Origin: an uncultured Methylomirabilota bacterium
GTDB taxonomy: Bacteria > Methylomirabilota > Methylomirabilia > Methylomirabilales > 2-02-FULL-66-22
DNA length: 64,000 bases
Reading direction: 5' to 3'
Assembly (NCBI GenBank): GCA_963705305.1
Contig: OY970067.1
Coordinates: forward strand, 5,504,001-5,568,000
Below the pieces are notes generated by a model that worked only from the letters and a program-made list of their open reading frames with translations, searched no databases and had not been told where the DNA came from. Both the position numbers and the translations under genes were made by a program. This document shows, in pieces, positions 12,087 to 21,135 of this stretch. The stretch's first letter is position 1; each line of letters starts with the position of its first letter.

Positions 12087-12204
12087 ATCGGTCCCGCCCC
12101 GGTCATGCTTTGGAGATGTCATCCCTCGCTTGCTGAAGTATAGTCTCCCAACAGGACCGCTTCTAGCGGCTTCTTCGGGGCTGCGCGCCCAAAGGAGGGG
12201 AATC

Positions 12205-12699
12205 ATGAAGCTGAACGAACCGCTGCTCGCCGAGCTTTCCCGCGAGGCCGCCACCGCCCGCCGGATGCTGGAGCGCCTTCCCCAGACCCAGTTCGCCTGG
12301 AGGCCCCACGAGCGGTCGATGACGCTGGGCCGCCTGACCACCCACATCGCCGAGATTCCAGGGTGGGTCGGAAGCTGCCTGGACAAGGAGGGCTTTGACT
12401 TCAGCGGAGACCACGCGCCGCGCACGATACAGACCGGGGCCGAGCTTTTGGCCTTCTTTGACCAGAACGTGGCGACCGCAACCCAGGTGGTGAAGGGCCT
12501 GAGCAACGAGCGGCTGCTGGGCAACTGGCGGCTGACCAGGCAGGGGCAGCTCATCGTCGAGATGCCGCGCATCGGGGTGGTGCGCGCCCTGCTCTTGAAT
12601 CACTTCATCCATCACCGGGGCCAGCTCTCCGTATACATGCGGCTGCTAAACGTGCCGGTGCCGTCCATCTACGGCCCCAGCGCCGACGAGCCGATGTGA
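12205..12699 (+). CDS. DinB-family (metal-dependent thiol transferase-like) protein
   Basis: 'WRPHERSMTLGRLTTHIAE' and 'HFIHHRGQLSVY...PSIYGPS'. Confidence 0.9.
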   Translation: MKLNEPLLAELSREAATARRMLERLPQTQFAWRPHERSMTLGRLTTHIAEIPGWVGSCLDKEGFDFSGDHAPRTIQTGAELLAFFDQNVATATQVVKGLSNERLLGNWRLTRQGQLIVEMPRIGVVRALLLNHFIHHRGQLSVYMRLLNVPVPSIYGPSADEPM

Positions 12700-12733
12700 A
12701 GGGCGCAGCCAGACCGCCCGCGCAGGGGAGCCT

Positions 12734-12891
12734 TAGCAGGCTGCTGAAAAGGCCCATCTGCGGCGTTGGCGCGCTCGCGTGGCGCTGCGACGTACGAGCC
12801 GAGTACGTCTCGCACCGCCCATCGCGCGCCGCCTTGCATCCGGACCTTTTTGAGCAGCCTGGGCGAAAACGGGTAGTTCAGCAGCCTGCTA
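12734..12891 (+). repeat. MITE-like dispersed repeat, copy 3 (minimal form)
   Basis: TAGCAGGCTGCTGAA ... TTCAGCAGCCTGCTA terminal inverted repeats; overlaps the methyltransferase stop codon. Confidence 0.85.
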
Positions 12892-13641
12892 CGCCGCCGC
12901 GACCGCGACCAGCCGCCGCGCCAACCGGTCGTAGGGCGCTCCGTCCAGGCTTCCGTAGAGCGTGACGCGCACGAAGCCGGCTGCCCGCAGCGCCGCCCGG
13001 AGCTCTGCGCCCGAATAGAGGCGCAGCCCGAACGTGTAGACGGTGGACCGGCCGCCGCGGGTCAGGGTCCACCGGTTCTCAACCCAGCTCCCCCCGGCAC
13101 AGACCGTTCGCTCTTCGAGCAGGGTGGCCGAGCCGTCCGGGAGCCGATGCTGCTCTCGCGGGCGGAAGTCGCGGCGGAACAGCTCCTTCCCCAGCATCTC
13201 CATCAGCAGCAGTCCCCCCGGCTTCAGGCAGGCGCGCAGGTTGCGGAGCACCTGGAGGTCCTCCTCGGAATCCTCGAAGTACCCGAACGAGGTGAAGAGG
13301 TTCAGGGCCAGGTCGAACGCGGCCGGCCGCATGAAGCGACGCATGTCCTCCAGGACGAATTCGACCCGGAGTCCTAGGGCGGCGGCACGGGCTCGGGCGG
13401 CCTCCAGGTAGCGTGCCGTCCGGTCCACTCCGGTGACCCGGAAGCCGCGGCGGGCCATCTCCAGCGCGTGCCTGCCCTGCCCGCAGCACAGATCGAGCAC
13501 GGAGGCGCCGGGCGACGGGGCGAGCAGGCGGAGGAACTGCTCTACCTCGTTCACCGTGACCTCAGGCGGACGGTGGCACGCGAAGAGAAACGGCTCCACG
13601 GCCTCCCACAAGCCCTCATCCTCGTACCAGCGTCTTGCCAC
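12889..13641 (-). CDS. class I SAM-dependent methyltransferase
   Basis: 'VLDLCCGQGRH', 'NLFTSFGYF', 'LKPGG'; GTG start after GGAGG. Confidence 0.9.
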   Translation of the reverse strand: MARRWYEDEGLWEAVEPFLFACHRPPEVTVNEVEQFLRLLAPSPGASVLDLCCGQGRHALEMARRGFRVTGVDRTARYLEAARARAAALGLRVEFVLEDMRRFMRPAAFDLALNLFTSFGYFEDSEEDLQVLRNLRACLKPGGLLLMEMLGKELFRRDFRPREQHRLPDGSATLLEERTVCAGGSWVENRWTLTRGGRSTVYTFGLRLYSGAELRAALRAAGFVRVTLYGSLDGAPYDRLARRLVAVAAA

Positions 13642-13804
13642 GTCTCGACCTCCCCGTCCCGATGGATAGGTCTTTACGCCCCCCCCACCCAGAGTGTATT
13701 TTAGCTCGCTATACGCAGGGTGATCATCCGTCATCCGCCGCGGTCCCCGGAGGGTGTATGATTGGGATTGCCTTCTCGAATCGCCGCAGTGTGCTCCTAC
13801 GTTG

Positions 13805-14058
13805 TCAGGATGCTGAAGAACTCACTTTGCGCCAGGCCGCTCAAAAAGGTCCAGATGTCCCTCGACTTCGCTCGGGACCGTGAGCCTGTCGAACGGCAAG
13901 CCGGCGTCACCCACCCTTCGGGATGGGTACCCGGGGCGGGGCACCCGCCACAGGCGGGTCAAGGCGTACTTCCGGTACGCCGCAGCGAGTGCCCGAGCGC
14001 ACGGGGCACCCATCCGAAGGATGGGTCTCGGCAGATGGGCCTTTTTCAGCAGCCTGCC
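13805..14058 (-). repeat. MITE-like dispersed repeat, copy 4 (carries a nested 39-bp palindromic insert)
   Basis: Closely similar to copy 2 plus an extra segment at 13858-13896. Confidence 0.8.
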
Positions 14059-14121
14059 AATCCTTGCCGCCGGGATCCGGCCACAGACCCGGAGCCCGGC
14101 GCCTTCGAGCCGAGGCATAAC

Positions 14122-15096
14122 ATGGGAAGCGAAGTGTTGTTCGCGCTCGACGAGATCAGGACTGTCGCCGTGATCGGGGCCGGGGTGATGGGGAGCGGGA
14201 TCGCCCAGACCTTCGCCCAGGCCGGTTATAGCGTCCGTCTGGCGGCCCGGCGCCCGGAGACGCTCGAGGCCTCCCTCCGGCGGATCGGCCGGAACCAGGA
14301 GGCCATGATTCAGGCCGGGCTGCTGGGCGAAGCGCTCGCCAGGGAGGCGCTGGCCCGCATCCATCCCACCGCCGACCTGGCGGAGGCGGTGCGGGACTGC
14401 CAGTTCGTGAGCGAGAGCGTGCCCGAAGATCCGGCCGTGAAGCGGGAAGTGTTCGCCGCCCTGGATCGGCTAGCCCCCCGCGGGGCCGTCCTCAGCACGG
14501 ATACGTCCGGCCTGCCCATCAGCACCATCGCATCCGCCACCGCGCGCCCCCAGGCGGTGGTGGGATTTCACTGGATGAACCCGCCCCACCTGATGCCGCC
14601 GATCGAGGTAATCCGCGGCGAACGCACGTCCGAGACGGCCATGCGCCTCGCCTGCGATCTGGCCCGCCGCCTCGGCCGGGTCCCCATCCGGGTCGAGAAG
14701 GACGTGCCCGGGTTCCTCTGGAACCGGTTGCAGCTGGCGTTAATTCGGGAGGCTCTGCACGTGGTGGAGCAGGGCATCGCCGCCCCGGAGGCCGTGGATC
14801 AGGCTGTCACGGTCGGCCTGGGCCTGCGCTGGGCCGCCGTGGGCCCCTTACGCCTCATGGACCTGGGCGGCCTCACTACCTTTCACGCCATCGCGGAGTA
14901 CCTGTACCCAGACCTCTCGGCGGCGCAGACGCCCCAGCGCCTCCTGGCAGAGAAGGTGGCGTCGGGCGAGACCGGCCTGCGGGCCGGCCGCGGCCTGTAC
15001 GACTACCCGCCCGGAAGCGGCGATGCCACCCTCCAGGCGCGGGACGCGAGACTCTTCGGCCTCCTGAGGCTCCTCCAGCCCCCGGCCGCTCGCTAG
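14122..15096 (+). CDS. 3-hydroxyacyl-CoA dehydrogenase family protein
   Basis: GAGVMGSGIA, 'ESVPE', 'HWMNPP', 'PGFLWNRLQ'. Confidence 0.92.
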   Translation: MGSEVLFALDEIRTVAVIGAGVMGSGIAQTFAQAGYSVRLAARRPETLEASLRRIGRNQEAMIQAGLLGEALAREALARIHPTADLAEAVRDCQFVSESVPEDPAVKREVFAALDRLAPRGAVLSTDTSGLPISTIASATARPQAVVGFHWMNPPHLMPPIEVIRGERTSETAMRLACDLARRLGRVPIRVEKDVPGFLWNRLQLALIREALHVVEQGIAAPEAVDQAVTVGLGLRWAAVGPLRLMDLGGLTTFHAIAEYLYPDLSAAQTPQRLLAEKVASGETGLRAGRGLYDYPPGSGDATLQARDARLFGLLRLLQPPAAR

Positions 15097-15249
15097 ACGC
15101 GCCCCCAGCCTCCCTCCCTCTGGGTCGAGCAGGCCGCAGAGGCGTCGAGGCGCCAGGGCGCGGAGGCGAGCCTTGATCTTTGCCTCTCTGCCTTGCCGCC
15201 CCTCCACCCTTGTTGCTCGGGGCAGCGAGCCGGCTGGATGCGACCACGG

Positions 15250-16362
15250 CTACGAGGTGTGAGAGGTCGTCCGGCGCGGATTCTCTGTGACCTTTGGATT
15301 GACCAGATCGCGGGTCGGCGGCCACTCGCCGACGAGCGCATTGGCGATATTGCGTGCCGTGCGGCGCCGCACGGCGACCTGGCTGGAGTCGGATACGCCC
15401 GCCGTATGGGGCGTCAGGAGGACGTTGTCCATGGTCAGGAGCGGACTGTCGGGCTCTAGCGGCTCCCGCTCGAACACATCCAGCCCCGCGCCGGCAATCC
15501 GGCGTGCCTGCAAGGCGGCGACAAGGGCGGCCTGGTCGACGACCGGCCCGCGCGCCGTATTGATGAGGGAGGCCGTGGGCTTCATCAGCCCCAGCTCGCG
15601 CTCGCCGATCAGACGGAACGTTCCCTTCGTCAGCGGGGCGTGCACGGAGACGATGTCGGACTGCGCGAGCAGTTCGTCCAAGCCGACCATCCTCACCGCA
15701 TAGGGATCGGCCGTCTGTTGGTCGACGAACGGATCGCAGGCGAGCAGTGTGAAGCCGAAGGGCCGGGCGCGGATTGCCACCTCACGGCCGATCTCGCCGA
15801 GCGCCACGAGGCCGAGGGTCATCTCGTACGTCGCCGGCATCGGGGATGAGAGCCCGCGCTCGTAGATCCCCCGGCGAAGGATACTGTTCAACATCGGCGC
15901 CTTGCGGGCCAGCGCCAGCGCCATCATCAGAGTATGGTCCGCAACCTCGCGGGCGCAGAAGCCCGGCGCGCTGAAGACGGCAATCCCGCGCGCGGTGGCG
16001 GCCTCGACGTCGACGATGTCGTAGCCGATGCCCGGCCGGCCGATGACCCGCAGCCGCGGCATCCGGTCCATGGCCTCGGCGGCCACCGGGGCCGACGTGA
16101 CCATGACGGCGTCGGCGTCATGCGCCATGCGCTCGATGACGTCCACCGTGTGCTTCGCCCGGGGCACGTAGGCGATGCTCACCCGACTCAGCTGCTCGAC
16201 CGAGAGGCCGAGACCTGCGAGAACGGCATCCGGTTCTTTCGATGCGCCAAGCCGGGCCCAGCCGACCAGGGCCTCCCCGTCGATCCTGGAGAGCTCTTCC
16301 TGCTCGATGCTGGGAAGAAACCACGCCGGCCGGTCGAGCAGAACGACCTTGTATTTTCCCAC
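15250..16362 (-). CDS. D-isomer-specific 2-hydroxyacid dehydrogenase (PGDH/CtBP-like)
   Basis: 'GIGYDIVD', 'VSVHAPLT', 'INTARG', 'LDVFEREP', 'LTPH'. Confidence 0.9.
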   Translation of the reverse strand: MGKYKVVLLDRPAWFLPSIEQEELSRIDGEALVGWARLGASKEPDAVLAGLGLSVEQLSRVSIAYVPRAKHTVDVIERMAHDADAVMVTSAPVAAEAMDRMPRLRVIGRPGIGYDIVDVEAATARGIAVFSAPGFCAREVADHTLMMALALARKAPMLNSILRRGIYERGLSSPMPATYEMTLGLVALGEIGREVAIRARPFGFTLLACDPFVDQQTADPYAVRMVGLDELLAQSDIVSVHAPLTKGTFRLIGERELGLMKPTASLINTARGPVVDQAALVAALQARRIAGAGLDVFEREPLEPDSPLLTMDNVLLTPHTAGVSDSSQVAVRRRTARNIANALVGEWPPTRDLVNPKVTENPRRTTSHTS

Positions 16363-16409
16363 TCGATTCCTCCTTCCCGTGTTGGATAACCCTGCGGTGG
16401 GAGCCCTCG

Positions 16410-18029
16410 TCACCACCCCATGGCGTAGCCGTCCCGCCGCGGATCGGCCCCGCCCGCCAGGGCGCCGCTCTCGGGGTCGCGCCACACCCCCTGCCCGCCG
16501 CCGACCACCCAGGACCACTCCGGCAGCTCGCGGATCACATGGCCTCGCGCCGCCAGCGCGGCCCGGACCTCGGCCGGGATCCGGCTCTCCACATCCACCG
16601 CGCGATCCGCGTACACCCGCACCCGCGGCGCCTCGATGGCCTCCTGGATATTCATCCCGTGCTCCAGGACGTTCAGCAGCATCTGCGTGGTGGTCTGGGG
16701 AATCCCGTAGCTGCCCGGCGTTCCGATGGCCAGCAGCAACACCCCCTTGCGGAACACCTGGACCGGCGCCATCCGGGTCTCCACGGGGCGATGGGGCAGC
16801 AGGGCGTTGGGGCTCTTCGGGTCCAGGTCGTTCCACATGAGCAGATTGTTCAGCAGGATCCCGGTGTCCCCGGCGATGAAGCCCGAGCCCAGCGGGCTGC
16901 CGAGGGTCTGGGTGATGGAGGCCGCATTCCCCTCCCCGTCCACGACGCTCAGGTGCGTGGTGTGCTCCCGCTGGTAGCCGTACGGGTCGCCGGGCGACAC
17001 CGCCCCGGCCGGAACGTCGGCGCTGTACCGCTCGCCCCCGGAGACCGCGGCACGCCCGGGATCGATGCGGGCGCGCTGCGCCCGGGCGTAGTCCTTGCTC
17101 AGCAGGCCGGCCACCGGACAGTCGGGCCGCGTCTGGAAGGCGATGCGGTCGGCCATGGCCAGCTTCACCGCCTCGATGACGGCGTGCAGGCTGTCGGCGC
17201 TGTTATGGCCGAGCGCCGGGAAGTCATAGCCCTCCAGGATGTTGAGGGTTTCGAGCACTTGCACCCCGGCGGCCGGCGGCGGCACGCTGGCCACCTCGTC
17301 GCCCCGGAACGTCGAGACGATCGGCGCAATCCATTCGGCCCGAAACGCGCCCAGATCCTCCATGCACAGCCACCCTCCCGCCGCCTGGTCCGCCTCGCAC
17401 AGCCGCCTTCCCAATTCTCCCCGGTAGAGGAGGTCGGGGCCCTCGGCCGCCAGTCGCCGGAGGGTGGTGGCCAGCGCGGGATGCCCGAGCAGGGCTCCCG
17501 GGCGCGGCACTTCCCCCGCCGGGCAGAAGAGCCTCGCCGCGTCCGGCGCAAGCCGCGCGCGATGCTCGCCCAGGAACGCCGCCCCCCGGTGGGTGAGGGG
17601 AAAGCCCTCCTCGGCCAACCGGATGGCCGGACCGAAGACTGTCCCCGGCGGCAGGGTTCCGTGCGCCCGCAGCATCTCCCACCACCCGGCGAAGTTTCCC
17701 GGCACCAGGCACGACTTCGGCCCTTTCGCCAGCTCCTCCGCGGTGCACTGCTCGTAGTGGGCCGCCGATGGGGTGCGGCCCATGAAGTTGAGCACCTTCC
17801 GCTCGCCGGAGCGGCCCAGGTGAAGAAGGAGCAGCCCGTCGCCCCCGATTCCGGACATGAACGGCTCGACCACGTTGAGGGCGGCCGCGGCGGCGGCCGC
17901 CGCATCCACAGCGTTCCCGCCCCGCCACAGCATCTCCATGCCGGCGGCGCTGGCCAGGGGATGGGCGGTGGCGATCACGCCGTGCCTGCCCATGACGGCG
18001 GGTCGGTGGGCTCGATGTCCGGGAGTCAT
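16410..18029 (-). CDS. ggt: gamma-glutamyltransferase
   Basis: 'GGNAVDAA', 'EPFMSGIGGD', 'HTTHLSVVD' (autoprocessing Thr), 'GTPGS', 'ADPRRDG'. Confidence 0.93.
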   Translation of the reverse strand: MTPGHRAHRPAVMGRHGVIATAHPLASAAGMEMLWRGGNAVDAAAAAAAALNVVEPFMSGIGGDGLLLLHLGRSGERKVLNFMGRTPSAAHYEQCTAEELAKGPKSCLVPGNFAGWWEMLRAHGTLPPGTVFGPAIRLAEEGFPLTHRGAAFLGEHRARLAPDAARLFCPAGEVPRPGALLGHPALATTLRRLAAEGPDLLYRGELGRRLCEADQAAGGWLCMEDLGAFRAEWIAPIVSTFRGDEVASVPPPAAGVQVLETLNILEGYDFPALGHNSADSLHAVIEAVKLAMADRIAFQTRPDCPVAGLLSKDYARAQRARIDPGRAAVSGGERYSADVPAGAVSPGDPYGYQREHTTHLSVVDGEGNAASITQTLGSPLGSGFIAGDTGILLNNLLMWNDLDPKSPNALLPHRPVETRMAPVQVFRKGVLLLAIGTPGSYGIPQTTTQMLLNVLEHGMNIQEAIEAPRVRVYADRAVDVESRIPAEVRAALAARGHVIRELPEWSWVVGGGQGVWRDPESGALAGGADPRRDGYAMGW

Positions 18030-18121
18030 GGTGTGCCTCCAAAGCAGTACAGGGGTGAGGGGAATATGCAGGATTTGCGGTGGTATCGAATCCGCCTGTC
18101 TGGAAGTTCTGCCGGGCGGGT

Positions 18122-18195
18122 TGGCTGGGGGACCAGGATTCGAACCTGGATAAGCAGATCCAAAGTCTGCTGTCCTGCCGTTGGACGATCCCCCA
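18122..18195 (-). tRNA. tRNA-Gln (anticodon TTG), CCA encoded
   Basis: TGGGGGATCGTCCAACGGCAGGACAGCAGAC-TTTGG-ATCTGC...GGTTCGAATCC...CCCCCAGCCA folds as a cloverleaf. Confidence 0.96.
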
Positions 18196-18348
18196 AGAGA
18201 GTTGGATGGGCCGGAACGGCGCCCATTCTAGCCTTCCCGGGCACCGCGCGCAAGCCGGAGGGCGCGGAAGCCGCGGTCTTGATGAAGAGGCGTGCCCCGG
18301 CGGCGGACCATCGCCGGGGCCATGGGGGATGGCAGGATCGGGGACGGC

Positions 18349-18684
18349 TCAGTCGCCCGCTTCCTCGACCAGCTTCGAGAGCAGGAGGCGCTCCACCGGC
18401 TTGCCGCCGACGACATGCTGGTCCATGATCTCCTCGACGTCCTGGACGCCCACCTTTCCGTACCAGATGCCCTCGGGATAGATCACCACGGAGGGTCCAG
18501 TGGCACAGGGACCCAGGCAGGTCGTGCCGCTCACGGCGACCCGATCCCAGAGCTGGCGCTTCTCGGTCTCTTCCTGGAACTTCTGGAAGACCGCCCGGGA
18601 CTGCTTCGAGGAACAGTCCCCCTTGGGGTGTCCAGCCGGGCGCTGGTTCACGCAGATGAAGATATGGTGGGTGTACTTGAACAC
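18349..18684 (-). CDS. thioredoxin-like [2Fe-2S] ferredoxin
   Basis: 'HIFICVNQR...GDC', 'CLGPC...GPSVVIYPEGIWY'. Confidence 0.93.
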   Translation of the reverse strand: MFKYTHHIFICVNQRPAGHPKGDCSSKQSRAVFQKFQEETEKRQLWDRVAVSGTTCLGPCATGPSVVIYPEGIWYGKVGVQDVEEIMDQHVVGGKPVERLLLSKLVEEAGD

Positions 18685-18767
18685 GGGGCCGCCTCCTCGT
18701 TCGAAGTGGAAGGGTGTGTCTCGATCGCCCCTTTTCTATACCCGACCTACCCCCGAATTTCCAGCCC

Positions 18768-20222
18768 TCATTTGCCGGGGCTCCCGGTGAGCCCCAGCTT
18801 GTCCTCCAACTCCACGATCTTGGTCTTCACGGCCCCGACGTTGGGGGCCTGGGGGGCGAGGCGGACGTAGGTCCGGAGGGCCTGGAGGGCGTTGGCGGTC
18901 GCCCCGGTGAAGTCGTAGACGAGGCCGAGGTTGTAGTAGGCGTCCGTGAGCCAGGGGGCCGCGGCGAGGGCCGCCTCGAACTCGGTGACGGCCTCGGGGT
19001 AGCGCTTCTGCTCCACCCGGACGATCCCGAGGCGGTAGTGGTGGTCGGCGGCGTCGGAGACGGGGAGCTTCGCCCGCTGGGCGAGGGCGACCAGGCGGCT
19101 CACGGCCTCCTGCCGGTCGGCGGGGGCGAGGAAGCCGCGGGCCGCCTCCTGGTACGCCTGGACGGCCGCCGCCGGCTGGCCCGCCTGCTCCACGAGGAGG
19201 GCGGCGTTGTAGCTCGCCTTGGGGACGAGGCCGGGGGCCTCTTCCCGGGCGGCCCGGAACTTCGCGAGGGCCTCGGGGAGCCGCTGGGCCCGGGCCAGGG
19301 CCACCCCCTCCCGGTTGAGGGCCTGGGCCTGGCAGAGCTTCGGGTCGGGGGTGAGGCCGGTCCCCGCCAGGGCCGCTTGGAGGGCGGGGTCGTCGGGGTG
19401 GGCCTTCGCGACCGGCGCCCCCAGCTCCTTGGCCCCCTCGGGGTCGCAGAGCCGGTGGAGGAGGCGCACCGCGGCGGCGACCGGGGCCGGGGCCGTGGGG
19501 GCCGCCGCGAGGGCTTGGCGGAGGGCGGCCTGGGCGGCGGCGTAGTCGCCTTTCGCCTCGGCGGTCTCGGCGGCGGCAACCTGGGCCTGGGCACGGATGG
19601 CGGTGATCGCCGGCGAGGGCGGGGCGCCCGTCATGGCATACTTTCTCACCTGAGGAGAGGCGGCAATCGCTTCCACGGCCCTCTGCGAAGCCTCGGCCAC
19701 CACCTCGGCAGCCGCCTTGCCCAGAAGATCTATCCCGCTGGCCATCGGGGACCCATCGGTTTCCGTCTTAAACGAATTGACCGTGGTATCCCACACCGGC
19801 GAACCCTTGGGATCCAGCAAGGTGATCGTAAACGATCCGAGCAGATCTATCCGGCAGCCAAGGATCCCGCAGTACGGCATGGTGGGGACAAGGTCCTTGG
19901 GGCGGACCGACAGGATGGCGTTGGCCTCTGGAGGGTACTGGGTCCCATGCACCACCGTCGCCTTGTCGAAGGCGGGTAGAAGGATGTCCTGCGCAGCCAC
20001 CTTCAATAGGCTGCCGATGGGGATGACGCCTATCATGCCCGGTTGCACTTCTGCCGAGACTGTCTGGGCCTCCTCGGGCACCGAGATGGCGACATCCAAC
20101 GGTACCTTCTCCGCCACTTGCGTCGGAGGCAGGCCCAGCTTGATGAAGGGCACCTGGTACTGGACATCGCAGCCGACGATCACGAACATGAGCAGGCCGA
20201 GGGCCGCGAGGCGTGCTTTCAT
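18768..20222 (-). CDS. lipoprotein with C-terminal TPR repeats
   Basis: Lipobox 'IVGC'; TPR motifs 'ASYNAALL', 'AYYNLGLVY'. Confidence 0.8.
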   Translation of the reverse strand: MKARLAALGLLMFVIVGCDVQYQVPFIKLGLPPTQVAEKVPLDVAISVPEEAQTVSAEVQPGMIGVIPIGSLLKVAAQDILLPAFDKATVVHGTQYPPEANAILSVRPKDLVPTMPYCGILGCRIDLLGSFTITLLDPKGSPVWDTTVNSFKTETDGSPMASGIDLLGKAAAEVVAEASQRAVEAIAASPQVRKYAMTGAPPSPAITAIRAQAQVAAAETAEAKGDYAAAQAALRQALAAAPTAPAPVAAAVRLLHRLCDPEGAKELGAPVAKAHPDDPALQAALAGTGLTPDPKLCQAQALNREGVALARAQRLPEALAKFRAAREEAPGLVPKASYNAALLVEQAGQPAAAVQAYQEAARGFLAPADRQEAVSRLVALAQRAKLPVSDAADHHYRLGIVRVEQKRYPEAVTEFEAALAAAPWLTDAYYNLGLVYDFTGATANALQALRTYVRLAPQAPNVGAVKTKIVELEDKLGLTGSPGK

Positions 20223-20247
20223 GATGCCTCCTGCCACAAGAGCGTGG

Positions 20248-21135
20248 CTATTCCTTGAAAGGTGCTGGGGCGGGCGCCTCCCTGCCTTTCGTCCCGCCAC
20301 CCCCCCGGACGAGCTTCTCGAGCCCCCGGATCTTCACCAGGATGCCACGTCCGGGATCCAGCACGTAGAGGGCATCCCCACTATGCCGGAGGACACCGGC
20401 CAGCCCTCGCAGGATCGAGACCGCCACCCCGGCCCGCATGGCATACACGGCATCGTCCGCAGCGTAGCACAGCATGCCCGAGACGGGATCGGCGGCCAAC
20501 GAGCGGATCTCCTTATGGCCGGCGGCGATGAAGAGGACCGCCGGCGGCTGGCCGGCGGCGGCGGTATAGATCGTGTTCCCCACGGCAAAGAAGAGCCGCT
20601 CGCCGATGGTCGCCAGGGCCGAGATCTTTCCGTTTGGAATCTGGGCCAGCAAGCCGGCTTTCCCGTTTTCCAGCAGGTAGATCAGCGAGCCGTTGGTCCC
20701 GGCGCCGTACAGGTAGATGCGCTGCTTGTATCCCGCCACGACGGAGAGGCCGGTCTGGGGGAGCTGGATGCGGTCCACAACCCGTCCCCGCTCGTACCAG
20801 CCGAGCCGCTGACCCCGCACCGTGATCAACAGGCCATGGTCCGACGTGAACGAGCTGACCCGGAGGGGGCTCGTCGCCGGGAGCAGCTTCCGCGCGGTGA
20901 GGTCGAACAGGTCGCCGGCCGCTGTCAGGGCGACGATGTGGCCGTCGGGCAGGACTTCGAACTGGCGGGCCAGGGTGACGCCGAGTTCTTGGGAGACGGA
21001 CGGGGTAAGGAGGGGGATGGCGGTCGCCTGTCCCCACACCCACACGCCGCCGGGAGGGGCCCCCGCCGCCGAGCGCGCGCACCATACCAGGACCAAGACA
21101 AGAGCAGCCGTGCTGACGCGCCGAGCCATGGTCAC
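20248..21135 (-). CDS. secreted hypothetical protein (beta-propeller-like)
   Basis: Signal peptide and repeated short beta-strand segments; translationally coupled to the upstream gene. Confidence 0.65.
   Translation of the reverse strand: MTMARRVSTAALVLVLVWCARSAAGAPPGGVWVWGQATAIPLLTPSVSQELGVTLARQFEVLPDGHIVALTAAGDLFDLTARKLLPATSPLRVSSFTSDHGLLITVRGQRLGWYERGRVVDRIQLPQTGLSVVAGYKQRIYLYGAGTNGSLIYLLENGKAGLLAQIPNGKISALATIGERLFFAVGNTIYTAAAGQPPAVLFIAAGHKEIRSLAADPVSGMLCYAADDAVYAMRAGVAVSILRGLAGVLRHSGDALYVLDPGRGILVKIRGLEKLVRGGGGTKGREAPAPAPFKE

Noticed and set aside
18122..18195. tRNA-anchored genomic island or prophage
   Set aside because: No integrase and no duplicated tRNA 3' end seen; the genes 3' of the tRNA are ordinary metabolic genes.
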